64,000 nt of DNA from Lama glama (GCA_028534125.1 CM052816.1:65660001-65724000); one strand, 5' to 3'. Counted from the first letter of the stretch, positions 26,802-40,435 are shown. The notes: generated by a model from the sequence alone, not told the origin. Translations and numbers: made by a program.

Positions 26802-28289
26802 GTAGATAGATGTTCAGTAAATTTAGAAATAGAGATAACAAGGATTCTTGCCTTGCTTTTAAATTTAAAAGGCATATGCCTCAATATTTCATCAGTTTTT
26901 TATAAGTTCCCTGTATTCCAGATTTGTTGTAAGTTTTTATCATAAGTGATTTTTGCATTTGTCAAAGGATTTTCATCATTTATTGATGTATATGTGGTTG
27001 TCTCCTTTAATCTATTAATGAATTAGATTCTAATGTTTATAGCTTTTCATATTATGAAACAAGCATACACACATATATTTACATTCACAAATTATGTTTA
27101 TTGCTGCTTTCTTTATTAATATTTGGTTTTGAGTTTTCAACTGGTCTTTATGATTCCCTTGATTCCCTTTGGCTTTATACAATCCCTGAGGATTTCTTTT
27201 TTGTTATTGTTCTTGTGTTTTATTTATCTGTTTGTTTGTTTACTGAAGTACCATCAGTTACAATGTGTCAATTTTTTGCGAGGATTTCTAATTTTAAAAA
27301 ATACCCTTTTGAGTGAACTGAGTGTATACCCTCTTATTCTCAGCTCTTTCTCTTGAATTCATTTCTTGTAATAATTTTTTGACATACATTTTGTGGTTAC
27401 CAGCATTTTATTAATGGTTCATACAGATACCGTAAGTTGCCCAAAGTCACGCCACTAATACGTGATGGAGCTATAGTTCATGACTTTGTCTTTAAGGAAA
27501 AGAATGATAAAGGGGAAAAAAAGTTATTGTGTTAGTCACTGATTGATTCACTAATTCAGTCTTGAATTCACGAATTCAGTTCCAGACAGTTTTCAAGGTC
27601 ACTAAAAACATATTTAAATCCTGGTGAGTGAAAGAAACGTTGTTGTCAGGCCACCTGCAAAAGAGGGGCCCTTGGTGATCTGTAACAGGTTCCCAGACCC
27701 TATGAAGCAGTGAGGCTAGACCCCAATTCTGAACTGAAGAATATACACTTTCCTTCGATGCGTAGCTTAACAGCCTGTGTCAAATCTTGATTTACTGAAT
27801 GATCTCAGTGCAGGTGTAGACCTTTCTCTGAATTCAGCAGTGATTTAAAACAAATAATGCAGGGATATTGCTCCCTTTTTATAACCTTCCTTAGCCCTAA
27901 TGTACTGATTTTCACTGTAAGGGCTTCTTTATAAATGAATCTCAGTCTCTCTTTCTGAGATTTAAACCTATCTCATTACAGTTAGCTTCAGAGAAGTTGG
28001 AAGAGAATATTATCACCTCTGAGGAAATCCTGTTTGTACACATCAGGGCACATTTGTTTTGCTTCCACTCGTTGTTTGGTTTTGGGGTTTTCCTATCACG
28101 TGGGCTTTCTTAAATTCTTCATTTGTTGCCACACTGATAATGACTCAAGGAATTTTTTCTTTGCTACAGATTATGACAACTGAGAAAAATGCAGGAGACA
28201 TTAATCTGAACATCAACAATTTTGAAATGATAGATCTAGTAGAGAAAATAATAAAATAATGCTAATTTCACCTAACAAAAGCAAATGTT

Positions 28290-28357
28290 GGGAGGTGAGT
28301 TTAGCTCAGTGGTAGAGCGCATGCTTAGCACACACGAGGTTCTGGGTTCAGTCTTGG
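28290..28357 (+). mobile_element. tRNA-Ala-derived SINE head or tRNA pseudogene without tail
   Basis: A box TAGCTCAGTGG (28302-28312), TGCTTAGCA anticodon arm (AGC) and degenerate B box GGTTCAGTC. No SINE tail or poly(A). Confidence 0.8.
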
Positions 28358-30835
28358 TTACACTTTGGCATGTTTTTCTTTTTGAACTAGACATCCCTAA
28401 TTTCTTTCCAGAAACAGAAGTAGCTTTTTCTTTTTGTATTTCGTACTAATCATACCTGTTTGTTCAGTGACATTGCTATTCTGTGATAAGATTTTATTAG
28501 AGAAAATGTCCCAAACTATATTTGAACATTAACCTAATTTCTTTTTTTTACAAATGTCCCTTGATTTGACTTACATCAACTGGTTTCTAAATGAATACTA
28601 TCTTTTTGATTTCCGTTCCTTTGAAATGAGAAATCCAATGTTGAATCCTTTGTAGAGATGAAGCTTACACCTGTGAGTCTAGAATTTTGGCTTTACCAGT
28701 TCAGTGGAGTTGAACGTTCTTGAACTGAAATCGGAGAGATGTTTCACAAACATTTACCTCGTGTTCATTCATCTAATCATCGTCTCTTTAATTACATCTG
28801 GTTGAAAAATTATTTTTGTTGATTGATAGTGGCTTCCTGGAATTTCTGTGAAGATTATCAGACATATGGGGTTCTGAGACTCAGCAGAGAAGAGTGGATA
28901 GATGAGTGATTCTGCAGTAGACATGCACACACTGCGTTGGATGTAACTGGCTGAAAGACTTGAATGGGAACAAAAGCAGACAAAAAGGCTTTAGGTCATT
29001 TGACCTAACCTGTTCCTTCCAGGAGATCCATTACCACATCAGCCAAAAGGGAGTTGTCTATAAATATTTTTAGAATGTCTTAAAATGGATATTTTACAGT
29101 CTGATATTAAATAGCAGTGATTCATTCTTCTTTTTTCTCTCTTAACATTGGAACATTAAAATTTTTTATTTTATATGGCTATCAGCAGTTGAGCACACAA
29201 ACTAGATGTTAAGACTGAACACAGTAAAAAATTTAGACATCCATCCACACTAATCTTATGTTTTTTTTTATATTCTGGAACACTAAACTGTCTTGCATCT
29301 TTGAATTTAATTTAGACCTCAAATTACTACATTAAAAAAAAAACCCTTATTAGGAACACCCCATGGAGTGCTGAGTCCATGGAAGAGACATTCAGTGTTT
29401 CTATATTGCTAATGAGAATATAATGTGGGAAAGTTCCCAAAGTTCCAACATCCCACTAGCTCTAACTTGGCCTGTTATCCTATCTACTGAGGAAATTGAA
29501 CTAACTGGATACTATTTGTTCATTATAAAGCCACATCAGATACATCCTAGTAACTTATGCTTTTTTTTACATATCTGAAATTTACTGTTCACTTTCATAT
29601 TTATCTAAGCAAAGTTGGAAAGTAAAATAATTGTACTTTTAGATCTCTTGTAAAAGAATTTTATACATTTTTCTAGTTTAGTGAATTTCCTGTAAATTCA
29701 CAAAAATAATAACTAATGGCCTGTCCCTACTACAATCATGCATTTAGTCAACAGGTAGAAGTAAAATGGAAAAAAAATGTAGTCCTCAGATCTATATACA
29801 GTATAGACTTTTTAAATTACTTAGCCATAATTCTACCACTAAAATATAATTTTGATTTTTTCTTTCCCTTTCAAAAGTTGTCCATTGATATACATATTTT
29901 ATGTAGCTACAGTAATAATCATATACGATTTTTGTCCTACTTTTAAAACCTAACATTATTCCTTTAATGCTTTTATATTATCTGATGCAGTCTTCACATA
30001 TATCATTTTGATTGCCACATAATATTCTGACTTGTTAAAATTTTCTGTATTTTTTATGTTCAAGCATTTTCCCTCATTTATTTCTATGATAAATAATAAT
30101 TCTAGAAACGTCTTTTGACATTCTGTTCATCTTTTAAATTATTTTTATTAGGCTAAATTCTGAGTGGTAGAATTATCAGGGTAAATCTCAATCTCCAAGT
30201 CATAATCTCCTGCCATTTTATAATCAAAAAGATGATGTTTATTAAGACCTGTTTGTTAACTCTTACTTTAGTCTTATTTTATCTTCCATCATAAATAAGT
30301 CAAATTCTGTCTTTCTCTAAGTAAATCTAGGACTGGTAAGGACTCAGATTTAAATTTTATAATAAAACAGAAAGAACTGGGGAAAAAAAGACTTAAGTAA
30401 TAGAATTTGTAGCTGTATTTTCAGACCTTCTCACCATATCTGTCAAATCAATGGTGACACCACTTTCCATTGTGCTCCTTTGGCTAACTTAAGTGAAAAA
30501 GTTTTCACTGAGACCTTTATTAAGATCCATCATATTTCCCTGCTTTTTTCATATAAATGTAAAATGGTTCTTTCATTTACATTTCCTGTTGCTATATTTT
30601 TCTAGGTAAGTTATGCCTGCTTTCAGTTTTCACTACTACGTATTTGCTATCTGTCTGTCTGTCTGTCTACCAGCATATCATCTGTCTTTAGCCCATGTAT
30701 TTTGTCCATTCTTTGTCTTACCAAATTTTCTTTCAAAATTTTTACAAAAGTTTGTTGTTTTCCCTATCCCTCTATTCTCGCCTTTTGTCAATTTACGACG
30801 CTACTTCACTACTCTATTAGTCTATTCAGGTGGCT

Positions 30836-31680
30836 TTCTTTTTTTTTTAATTGAAGTATAGTTGATTTATAATGTTGTGTTAGTGTCTGGTGTACAGCAA
30901 AGTGATTCAGTTTTATACACAAACACACACACACATATTTTTTCCTATTCTTTTCCATTATGGTTTATTACAAGATGTTGAATATAGTTCCCTGTGCTAT
31001 CTGTACAGTAGGACCTTATTGTTTATCTGTCTTATATATAGTAGTTTTATCTGCTGATCCCAGATTCCTAACTTATCTCTTGCCTGTCCCTTTCCCCTTT
31101 GGGAATCATAAGTTTGTTTTCTATGTCTGTGAGTCTTTTTCTGTTTTGTAAACAAGTTCATTTGTATCATATTTTAGATTTCACATATAAGTGATATCCT
31201 ATTATATTTGTCTTTCTCTGTCTAATTTACTTCACTTACTATAATAATCTCTAGGTCCATCCATGTTGCTGCAAATGGCATTATTTCATTCTTTTTTATG
31301 GCTGAGCAGTGTTCCATTGTATGTATATGCCACGACTTCTTTATCCATTCCTCTCATGATGCACACTCAGGTTGCTTCCATGTCTTTACTACTGTAAATA
31401 GTGCTGCTGTGAACAAGGGGTGCATGTATCCTTTCAAATTAGTGTTTTCATATTTTCTGGTTATATACCCAGGAGTGGAATTGCTGGATCATATGGTACC
31501 TCTATTTATAGTTTTTTAAGGACCCTGCATATTGTTTTCTATAGCAGCTGCACCAGTTTATATTCCCATCAGCAGTGTAGGAGGCTCCCTTTTCTCCACA
31601 CCCTCCCCAGCAATGATTATTTGTAGACTTTTTGATAATGGCCATTCTGACTGCTGTGACGTGATAGCTCATTGTAGTTC
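30836..31680 (-). mobile_element. 5'-truncated L1 (ORF2 C-terminus plus 3' UTR)
   Basis: T tail at ~30836-30848, then GTCCATCCATGTTGCTGCAAATGGCATTATTTCATTC and ATATACCCAGGAGTGGAATTGCTGGATCATATGG. Confidence 0.95.
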
Positions 31681-33900
31681 ATTTTTAAACTTCTCTAGTT
31701 GTATTATCATCTTTTCTTTGTTGTTAGTGTCTGTTCTTAACATTATTTCCTTTCTTCTACTTTCTTTAAGTTTATTTTTCCCTTTGTACTAGGTTCTTAA
31801 GTAAATTGCTTTGTGCATTAATTTTTAGATTTTATTTGTAATATGTTCATCTAATTTTACTACTTTAGCTCCATCTCACGTATTTGATACACACTATACT
31901 TACTATTCAGTTTTAAGTATTTCTTTAATTCTGTTATGATATCTTCTCTGAACCAAATTCTACGTAGAAGTTCTTTAAAATCTTTTCCAAAGGAAAGCGT
32001 TTTTTATATTTATATAAATAATAATAATTATTATTTATTATAACATACATGATATGTGTTATTCTTTCTAACTTCATTCCATTGTTAAAAGAGAAAGTAT
32101 CTGATAATACCTATTTTCTGACATTGGTAGAAATTTACTTTAATTGGAAATATTAGTTTATTCATGAACATTTGGTTAATTATAATTATAATATTCAAAA
32201 ATACTATTTTAAGCTATTTATCCTATTTCATGTTTGCCTTCTTCTTACTTCTTTTGTTTCCTTGCATCATTTTGAATCAAAGTTACTTCTTTTTTCTCAT
32301 TGTATATTTTCCTTCTAGCTTTAACTTTTGTTCTCTATTATTTTAGTAATAACCCTAGAAAAATTTCCCTGAATATTTACCTTAATAAAGGCTAAAGTTA
32401 AACAATATTTTACTCTCCTCCTCAACAATACAAGAAAAGTGGATTTAGTTTCTTTATATTTAACCTCACATTTTAGACATTTTTATCATAGTTTTGGTTA
32501 AGTCCATTTTTGTCAATATTTATTGACATATTTTCTATTTTCTTGGCTCTCTATAGGTTGTCAGCATCTCAGACCTTCTTTGTTCTTAAAATATATCTTT
32601 TAGAAGTTCCTCTAGTGCCCAATAGTAGAGAATTCTATTGTTTGATTTTCTTAAGTTCTGATTTTGCACTTATACTTGAAAGATAGTTTTGTTGTATCAG
32701 TATTTCTGGGTTGACAACTCTTTCTCTCAGCACTTTAAAGACATTATTAAATCGTCTTTTAAGAAATCATCTTTCAGTCTGATCAGTGTTCTTTTGTTCT
32801 ATTTCTTCTCTGTGGATGCTTTTAAATTCTTCTTTTTATCTTTGTTGTACAATTTCATTCTAATGGATCCAGATGTTGATTTTTTAAAAATTTGCCTTGC
32901 TTAAGACTCATTGGCCTTCCCATATGAATATTGATGTCTTTTGTTAATTTTGGAAAATCTTAGCGGTTATCATTTTAAATATTTCCTTATTACCATTTCT
33001 TTTATTTTCCTATGAAACTCTAGTGACATATATTGACCTTCTTATTTATTCACTTCTTTTAACTTCTCTTTGCATTTTCCATCTCTCTTCTACTTCTCCA
33101 TTGTATTCTGAATGTTTCATTCATATATGTCTCTGGTATAATAATCCAGCCTTCAACTGTGTCTAATTTATTGTTTAATCTGTTTATTGAACAATTATTG
33201 GATGTTCAATTTTAAAGATTCTAGTTGTTTTTATTTTAAATATGCCAGGCAAGTTTTTAAACAGTGCCTTGCTTATCTGCTGAATTTCATATCATTCCTT
33301 ATATTTCTTTAAATAGATTGAATGTATTATTTTGTATATTTGGTAGTTTCCATACGTATAATCTTTGTCATCTGTTTCTGCAGTTCATTATTTCTGTTGA
33401 TTGTTTTTCATGGGAGTTTGCTTTTTCATTCATTCAGTGATTTTTCTGTTTTTCTGTGATGCTCCTTAGTATTTTATCTTTATTTACAGTGTTTTTTTTT
33501 TTCCAGGGGGAATTTGCTTACACCAAGGAACTGCATGATCTATCAGCCATAGACCTACTTTAAACTAAATGTTCACTTCCAGGCCAGACAAATACCCAAT
33601 CCCATTTGAGTATGTGCCTGTGATTAGAAATTTTCAGGAGAAACTTTTTTAAAACTATGCTACCTGGAAACAAGGCAAGCCTTGTTCTGCATGAAAAGTT
33701 TTATTTAGTATACTCTCTGGGTATTGGCATTTGGTTGTGAGCCTCCCGTGGAGTCTGAATGTGACTTCCTTCTCTGTTTGGGTGCCCAGCTTTGATTCTT
33801 TCCCTGGTACCTGAAGGATTTTCAGATGCCTTCAGGATGACCATCATCTGTAGCGCTTATCTTCTGTTGAATGATGCTTTCTTAATTTCAGGCCTCACAT
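31681..33900 (-). mobile_element. Old, fragmented L1M remnant
   Basis: T-rich antisense L1 motifs such as CTTGAAAGATAGTTTTG, TTTCTCTCAGCACTTTAAAGA and TAATTTTGGAAAAT. Boundaries approximate. Confidence 0.6.
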
Positions 33901-33959
33901 TATAACTCCTAATTGAATGCTTTAAAAAATTCATCTAGTATACTATCTGGGGCAAATTT

Positions 33960-34720
33960 TGGTGAATTATATCATACATGAATTTTCGTGAAATGAACTT
34001 ACACATGTAACCAGACACTAGATCAAGAAGCAGAACGTTACCAAATTGCAGCAGTTCCCTTTGTGTGCTCTTTCAGATACCATCACTCAGGAGCAGCTGC
34101 TATCCTGACTTCTAATGCCATGGGTGCCTTTATTCACCAAAGATGATGTACCCGTTAGTGTCTGGCTTCTTGTGTACTGTTTAGTGTCTGCAATTTTTTT
34201 TTTTTGGTCAACATTAGGTTTGGAAAATTCATCTGCCTTTATACATCTACTTGTATTTCACTTTTATTCTCATATAAATATGCCATTATTTATCCATTTT
34301 CTAACTGTTGAGAAGCATTTGTTTGTATTTGAAGTTATTACAAATCATGCTGCTATGAAAATTATTACCCCTATCTTTTTGTATATATACACAAAGTATA
34401 CATTTATGTTGGATATATAGCTAGAAGTGAAACTGCTTAATGATGGGGCATGAGTATTTTTCAGCTTAGAATATACTGCCAGCAGTTTTCCTAAGTAGCC
34501 TTTCCATTTAGATTTCAACCAATACTGCCTTGGTTTTCTGTTTGCTCCACATTCTTGCCCACACCTGTTAACCTGTTATTATGTATTTTTTTTTCATTTT
34601 AACCTTTCCAATCCATAAATGGTGGAATGTCCTTGTAGTTTTAAATTTGCATTTTGTGATGTCTAGTGATTTTGTGCATGTTGATTTTTTTTTTGTCTGA
34701 ACCATTTTTATCCAGCCTTT
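33960..34720 (-). mobile_element. Old L1ME-like 3' region
   Basis: ACACATGTAACCAGACACTAGATCAAGAAGCAGAACGTTACC and TTGTAGTTTTAAATTTGCATTT. Confidence 0.7.
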
Positions 34721-35639
34721 TGAAGTGTTCTTTAGTGAAAAGTGTTCCTCTGTGGAGTTAGTTCACTATTTTGCTGGAAATTACTTCAGCCTGTATAAAA
34801 TACCATCTAAGAATTTCACTAGGCATCTCTGTTCTTAACTTCCTTTTTCTTCTCTTCAAAACTGTCTTAAAATGTTTTTTTCAGTTCTCTAAGTAAAGCC
34901 AGTCTTTAATTTATCCAACCTGTCTTTGAGCTCCCCCTGCTGTTTTTCACTTAAATTATATACCTATTCGTTGAGCATAATTATCTTTAAAGTGATGGCT
35001 TCTTAGGCAATAAGCTATTTTAAACAAAAATATTTCCTTTTTCCAAAGTCAGAGGGTGTCAATCAATTGAAATACTAACTTGGGACAAAAGAAATTTTAA
35101 AGTCATACTTAAAAAGTAGTACTTTAAAGATCTTGCTTGTCACATATAACCATTTGTATTAATGTAATGAATCAACATTTCAAGTTATTAAAAACTAGGC
35201 AAACTGCTGAGCCATGTTATCTTCTCAGGTATACCATAAACTTGTTGAGGTCAACATCATGACTTACACCTCTTTCTGCTTTTTCACAGTTCCCAGAATA
35301 TTCACTTTGACATAATTCAGTCATTAACTATTGAAAAAATCTGAAGGCTTTTATTCATTTGTCTTGCTACATCCACACTCATGGTGTACATTTCTGGAGG
35401 GCAATGGTGCTGAAATGAGTAAAGCACACACACCATGCAATGTTTATACGTGTTTCATCCACCAACTGTGACAGATAGTGTCTCCTTACATTACAGTATG
35501 ATAAAGGTTCTCCTTCTCAAGCTTGCCAGTTGATTAGCTTCATAAAGACCTATTCTATTTTTAAAAATTACTAGGAAGCAAGGAAATTCATAGCCTTATC
35601 AATTTAGATTTGAAGCCATATAATGAGTACATGAGATTA

Positions 35640-35755
35640 TGGACTTTGTATGTGGGTAAATCTCAGTAATAATATCTAATCCATAGGATTTTTATAATAA
35701 TGAATACAGTAATGTGTGTAAAGTGCTTAGCACCGTCCTTGGCACATAGTAAATT
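35640..35755 (+). mobile_element. MIR fragment
   Basis: GTGTAAAGTGCTTAGCACCGTCCTTGGCACATAGTAA (MIR 3' part). Confidence 0.7.
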
Positions 35756-36227
35756 CTAAGCTGTATTTTAAATGGCTATTGTGCTATTAATAAGCCGTAA
35801 ATTGGCATTTTCCCCTCTTGAGAATGTGCTATTTAACTGTTGAAAATCTGATTTTCCCCTGTTCATGTTAATTTCTGTAACATTAGCTTTGCCAATGGTG
35901 CCACATACCCGTATATTAATGCACTGCAAGAGGCCAATCAAAGGTAGGCGTAAAAAGAGTAATTTCCTGCGCTCTCAGCACCCTCTGCTAATAAAGCTGT
36001 TTGAACTTATTCTAGAAAGACTGTTGATGCCAGGGCCAGTTGAGAATTGCACAGGTGGATGGTTTTAACTTCTGTTAATAATAATATCGCTTCTGCACCC
36101 TCCCTAATTTCTTGCTGTATTAAGGCCATGGTTCCACTTGGCTAGCTTTGGCATGTAACCTGGGTTATTTTAGCTTTTTGCTCCCCTCCTGAGAGGAGCA
36201 GAGGAGGAGAACCAAGTAACCTGAATC

Positions 36228-36308
36228 GATGCAGTTAGACTCTTGCAGCCATTGTTTGGGATTCAGATGAACCCCCACCGACATTTGGTTTGAATGTACA
36301 GATTAATG

Positions 36309-36359
<51 letters not shown>

Positions 36360-36644
36360 AAGGGATCACGAAACATTTATTACCTATGTGATTGAGACTT
36401 TTCTGGAGCTAGCAGGACAAGTTGACTGGCTGGGGGATTTTAGGGTTTTTAGGGGGTGAGGCCCAAGTTGAGAGAGTGACTTGGTAGAGCCTTGTGGGAC
36501 CTCAAGTTCTCACCAGCACCAAAAGAAAGAACTCCTGGGCTTTCTTATCATTCTGCCCAGATGTGGGGGAGAGGTGAAGAGGGAGGGGTGAGATGTAAGA
36601 ACTACGAGGAAACATCAAAAAATGGAGTCAGACTCCTTACTACA
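36228..36644 (-). mobile_element. ERV solo LTR (ERVL, MER54/MER73/MER74-like) containing an (AC)n repeat
   Basis: Minus strand starts TGTAGTAAGGAGTCTGACTCCATTTTTTGATG, and the poly(A) signal appears as TTTATT at ~36376. Subfamily name is from recall. Confidence 0.65.
36312..36357. repeat. (AC)23 microsatellite
   Basis: Direct reading. Confidence 0.95.
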
Positions 36645-37641
36645 GAGGCCCAGATGTATGAGAACAGAGGAATGGACCACAGTGATACACTACCAGTGTT
36701 GTCCAGAACTGAGAACTAGAGTTACTTTATAAAGCATGTGTTTCCATTGATTGGCACACAGTATATAACTGAATTTTGTTAAATGGGGATGTTGGATTTA
36801 TATAACTTCAGTTGTACAAGTAGAAGGAAGGCTGTTTGCTTTAAACTGCTTAAAATAAGATTCAGTTTCTTCCTAATGCAAAATGCATTGTTACTAAGTA
36901 TGCATATGTATATAACTGGTACTTGGTCCAATTACATTATGAAATAATATGGTTTGTAACTTTCTTAAATAAATAGGATGACAAACCAATACTGCGGCTC
37001 AATATTACTGTATGTCTCATAGCATGATGTCAAGTCCGGACACTTGGCAACCATCACATGTCATTATACTTACTGGTTGCCTATTTTTTTATTCATTATT
37101 TCTTTTGTTCATTCGAGAAGTATTTTACTGTTCCCCCAACATGTCCCAGGTCCAATATAAACACATATTTTGTCCTTGTCTTAAGAAGTCTGTAGTCTTT
37201 TGGAGAAATAGGAACAGAGAATAATATAACAGATATGCAATATGATAATGTCTCTAATAGAAAAGTATGCTTAATATGCTGGGTATGTTGATTGACTTCT
37301 GGAATATTAAAAATAAATGAATGTTATCAAAATAGTTACATTGTGATGGTGAGTAAAGTCACCAACTCTTTATTTGTTCCTTGTTTTATCGTCCATCACA
37401 TACTGTTCTGTAGAGTCCTGACCCAAAGAAAGTGTAAAAAACACTTTCATACCAGGAGAGTAAATCACATCCTGCTTCAGGGAGGCTGACACAATGAGCA
37501 TTGGAGCCACTTTACTGCTCTGGTTTACTGAAAGTTATAATCCTGGATGAAACAAAGCTTGAAAATCACAGCAAAAAAATAGTGGAAGAATACTGAGAAC
37601 ATTTCCTCTAAGTTTTTTAGAAAGTTAAGAAATAAAACCTC

Positions 37642-37782
37642 CAAATATATGTATGTATATGCATGACTGGTACATTGTGCTATACGCTAGAAATTGACAC
37701 ACTGTAAAGGACAGTACTTCAATTAAAACAAATACATGTCCTTAAAAATAAAAAACTAGATGGGCTACTCAAAAGAAAGAAC
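37642..37782 (+). mobile_element. Very short camelid-type L1 3' end with extra 3' sequence
   Basis: ATGTATATGCATGACTGGTACATTGTGCTATACGCTAGAAATTGACACACTGTAA...TACTTCAATTAAAA. TSD at 37628-37641 and 37783-37796 (13/14). Confidence 0.85.
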
Positions 37783-39429
37783 AGAAAGAAAACCTCAAGT
37801 TAAGTGAACTTGGAATAAACCCTCCTCTGGGCGTTCCAGTCTATTGGGCAGTTGTCAGTCATGGACAACCATGATCCTAGTACCTCAGTACTTTGCACTA
37901 GGTGTCCTCATCTAGGTATGTCACTTGCAGGATTTCGCTGGATCTGCAGGACTGCCATTGTGTTGTGCAGTCCTGGTTTTCATGAGAACTTTTGCTGTGT
38001 ACCAATAGCGAGAGCGCTTCTATTGAGATAAACTTGCCCCAGCTATCCAGCAGTTGCATTGAGTTATTTTACCATTTTCATTTTTCTTTTACTTGAAGGC
38101 ACAAGCTTCTGAGAATCTAATAGCAGTTTCACCTGTGATGCTTCAGGAGTGGTCACAGATAATGGGCCTATTGAACTTTCATCACTTTGCCACACTCTGT
38201 AAAATTACCTAAGAGCTCCAGAGCATGAAATGAACACTCAGGAATATTGTAGTCTAGACTCTTTTTTTCCTATTCAAAATGGTACTGAAATAAAGGGTCC
38301 ATAGCAGAACCCTCTTTAAACTGTACTTTCAAATGCTATACCCTTGGCTTTAGATCCTTCTGGACTCTTTTCTCCTAATGTAGAATTTACATCATATTTA
38401 AATAATAGTTAAATGTCTGAGATCACATCTTCAAAAACAAATGAAAGAAGCCATCTCAGCCAAAAATAAAAAAAATTTTAAGGCCTGTTAATCTCCTATA
38501 AAACATCTCATTAGTATATTATGATTTAGGATTAGAAATTGTGTGGAGTCAGATGTTAGCTTGTCCTTTCCAGCCAAATTTCTCCAGTTTTTAGTTCCTA
38601 CATCAGCGTAAAGAAAGATAATTCTTACAACATTTACTAAGGAGTGTCTTACAAGATAAAAAACAATGACAAAAAAACTCCCCCCAAAAACCCACCTTTA
38701 GGAATAAAGAAGTTATCTAAGTGGAAAATAATGATGCTGCCAATGTCCCTAATTGAATTCACATAATTATCTGAGTTTAATTTGTCTTGTTCCCAAAGTG
38801 AACAAAATGTTTCTGTCTTTTCAATATTCACTCCAGGGTTTAATTGGGTGGAAATATATAGAGGAAACTCCTATTGCTCAGAGCCTAAGTTTACAGTTTT
38901 CTGAATCTCAGTCACATTGCTTGAGACAGACCTGACTTTCACAGGTTAGAGTCTGATTAAAAAGATATCTGTTCTTTTAGGCAGCTCCTTGGGTGGCTTT
39001 AAAAGTCATGTCTTGCAAGTCTGACCTTTTTCTCTTTACTTTGGATTCCAGTCTCAGATGGGCTTCTCTATTAATGGAACATATGCATGGAGGCATTTTG
39101 TTGTTCTCAGAAATTCCACATAAATTTAATGCAGCCATTAGTTACATGTCCTCCATGGACTGAAATGGTATTCTGTGCTATTAGGGACCTTTTAATTTAA
39201 TAAACTTTTATTCTGTGACTGGTCTCTACTAAGAGTAATACACCATGCTAGGAGATAGAAGGGATATAGAAAGGAAGAAAGCATAGCCTGAATCCTCAGG
39301 GAAATTATAATATGGAGGGGACACCAGTGCAAAGAGACAAATGCATCAATAGAACAAGATAGCCTCTCTAGCTCTCCAAAGGTAGTTTTAAATTTTCTAA
39401 ACTTCTAAAGTTGTCTGGGGGAGACTTCA

Positions 39430-40435
39430 TGTAATTTCAGAGGTTTAGCTGTCAAAAACATGTTCATACTTCTTCAAGCTTTATTCCCGTCTCCAAGATC
39501 TCTCTTAAAATTTGGACTCTCTACTATCTATTCCACTTGACATTCCAGTTAGCAACTCAACCTCCACCTGTCAGAATCTGAACTCACATCACTTCCCTGA
39601 CCTCTTGCTGCCCCAGTATTTCCCAGGTGTAGTCAGCTAGTGCATCCAATCCGTTGTCGAAATATGTCGATGTTGGGTGCTATTTCTCAAGTCTTTCCCT
39701 TTTTATCAATTCTACCATGACTGCACTTGTTGAAATCCTTGCTGGCTCTCACTGGACCCTTGTTACAGCTTTCTCACTGGTTTCCATTCCTCTGATTTTC
39801 TCTCCATTTAAACTCATTGTTCACACAGCCACTGGAGAGACCTATCAAAAACATAAATTTAGCCAGGCAACATATCTGCTTACAATCTTAAGGGATTTCC
39901 AGAAACTACAATATAGGGACCCCAAATTATATGATGGTTTACAATAACTTCCCCAAATTAATTATTTTCGTTTTTTTCTTTGAGTACCCATAATGTGACT
40001 TAATTTATTGTTGAAACAGGCAGCTTTTGAGAATAAATGAGGGAGCTATTCATTCTTATGTTGAGAATGCAGGTTCAAAAAGTGACAAGACATATGGTTA
40101 CCCTACTCTTTGCTGTGTCTAGCTGCCTTCATTGTCCTGTACACAACCTGCTGTTTTCTCTTTCTAGAACATCTACTCCTCTCTTTCTTCCCTAGATGCC
40201 GCTTTTTAAAGACCTTTTGAGATTCAACTCAAACTTCATACGCTGCTAGATGCATCCTCTCACTTTCCTGCCTTCCAAGGGGCACTTAATTCCTCCATTG
40301 TGCTCCCATTTGCTGATATACATTATTTGTGTATGTGTTTATTTTTCCTCAAAGCTTGCAAGTTCCTTATCAGGAGCTATTCTTTTACATATCCATGCTA
40401 CCTAGTGTATTTGTGTTTAACTCATGTTTGTTGAA
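39430..40435 (+). mobile_element. Degraded L2 fragments
   Basis: ATTCCACTTGACATTCCAGTTAGCAACTCAACCTCCAC...AACTCATGTTTGTTGAA. Fragmented. Confidence 0.55.

Larger units (their letters stand above)
25080..27200 (-). mobile_element. Old L1M ORF2 remnant, interrupted by MER5 and a young L1
   Basis: T-rich antisense L1 motifs such as TTTCCCTGATAACTAA, CTCCATAAATTTTAAGAAACAGCTT and TTGAATCTGTAGATCAATTT. Confidence 0.75.

Noticed and set aside
28290..28357. Functional tRNA-Ala gene
   Set aside because: Degenerate B box and acceptor stem and a SINE-like GGGAGG leader, so treated as a retroposed remnant.
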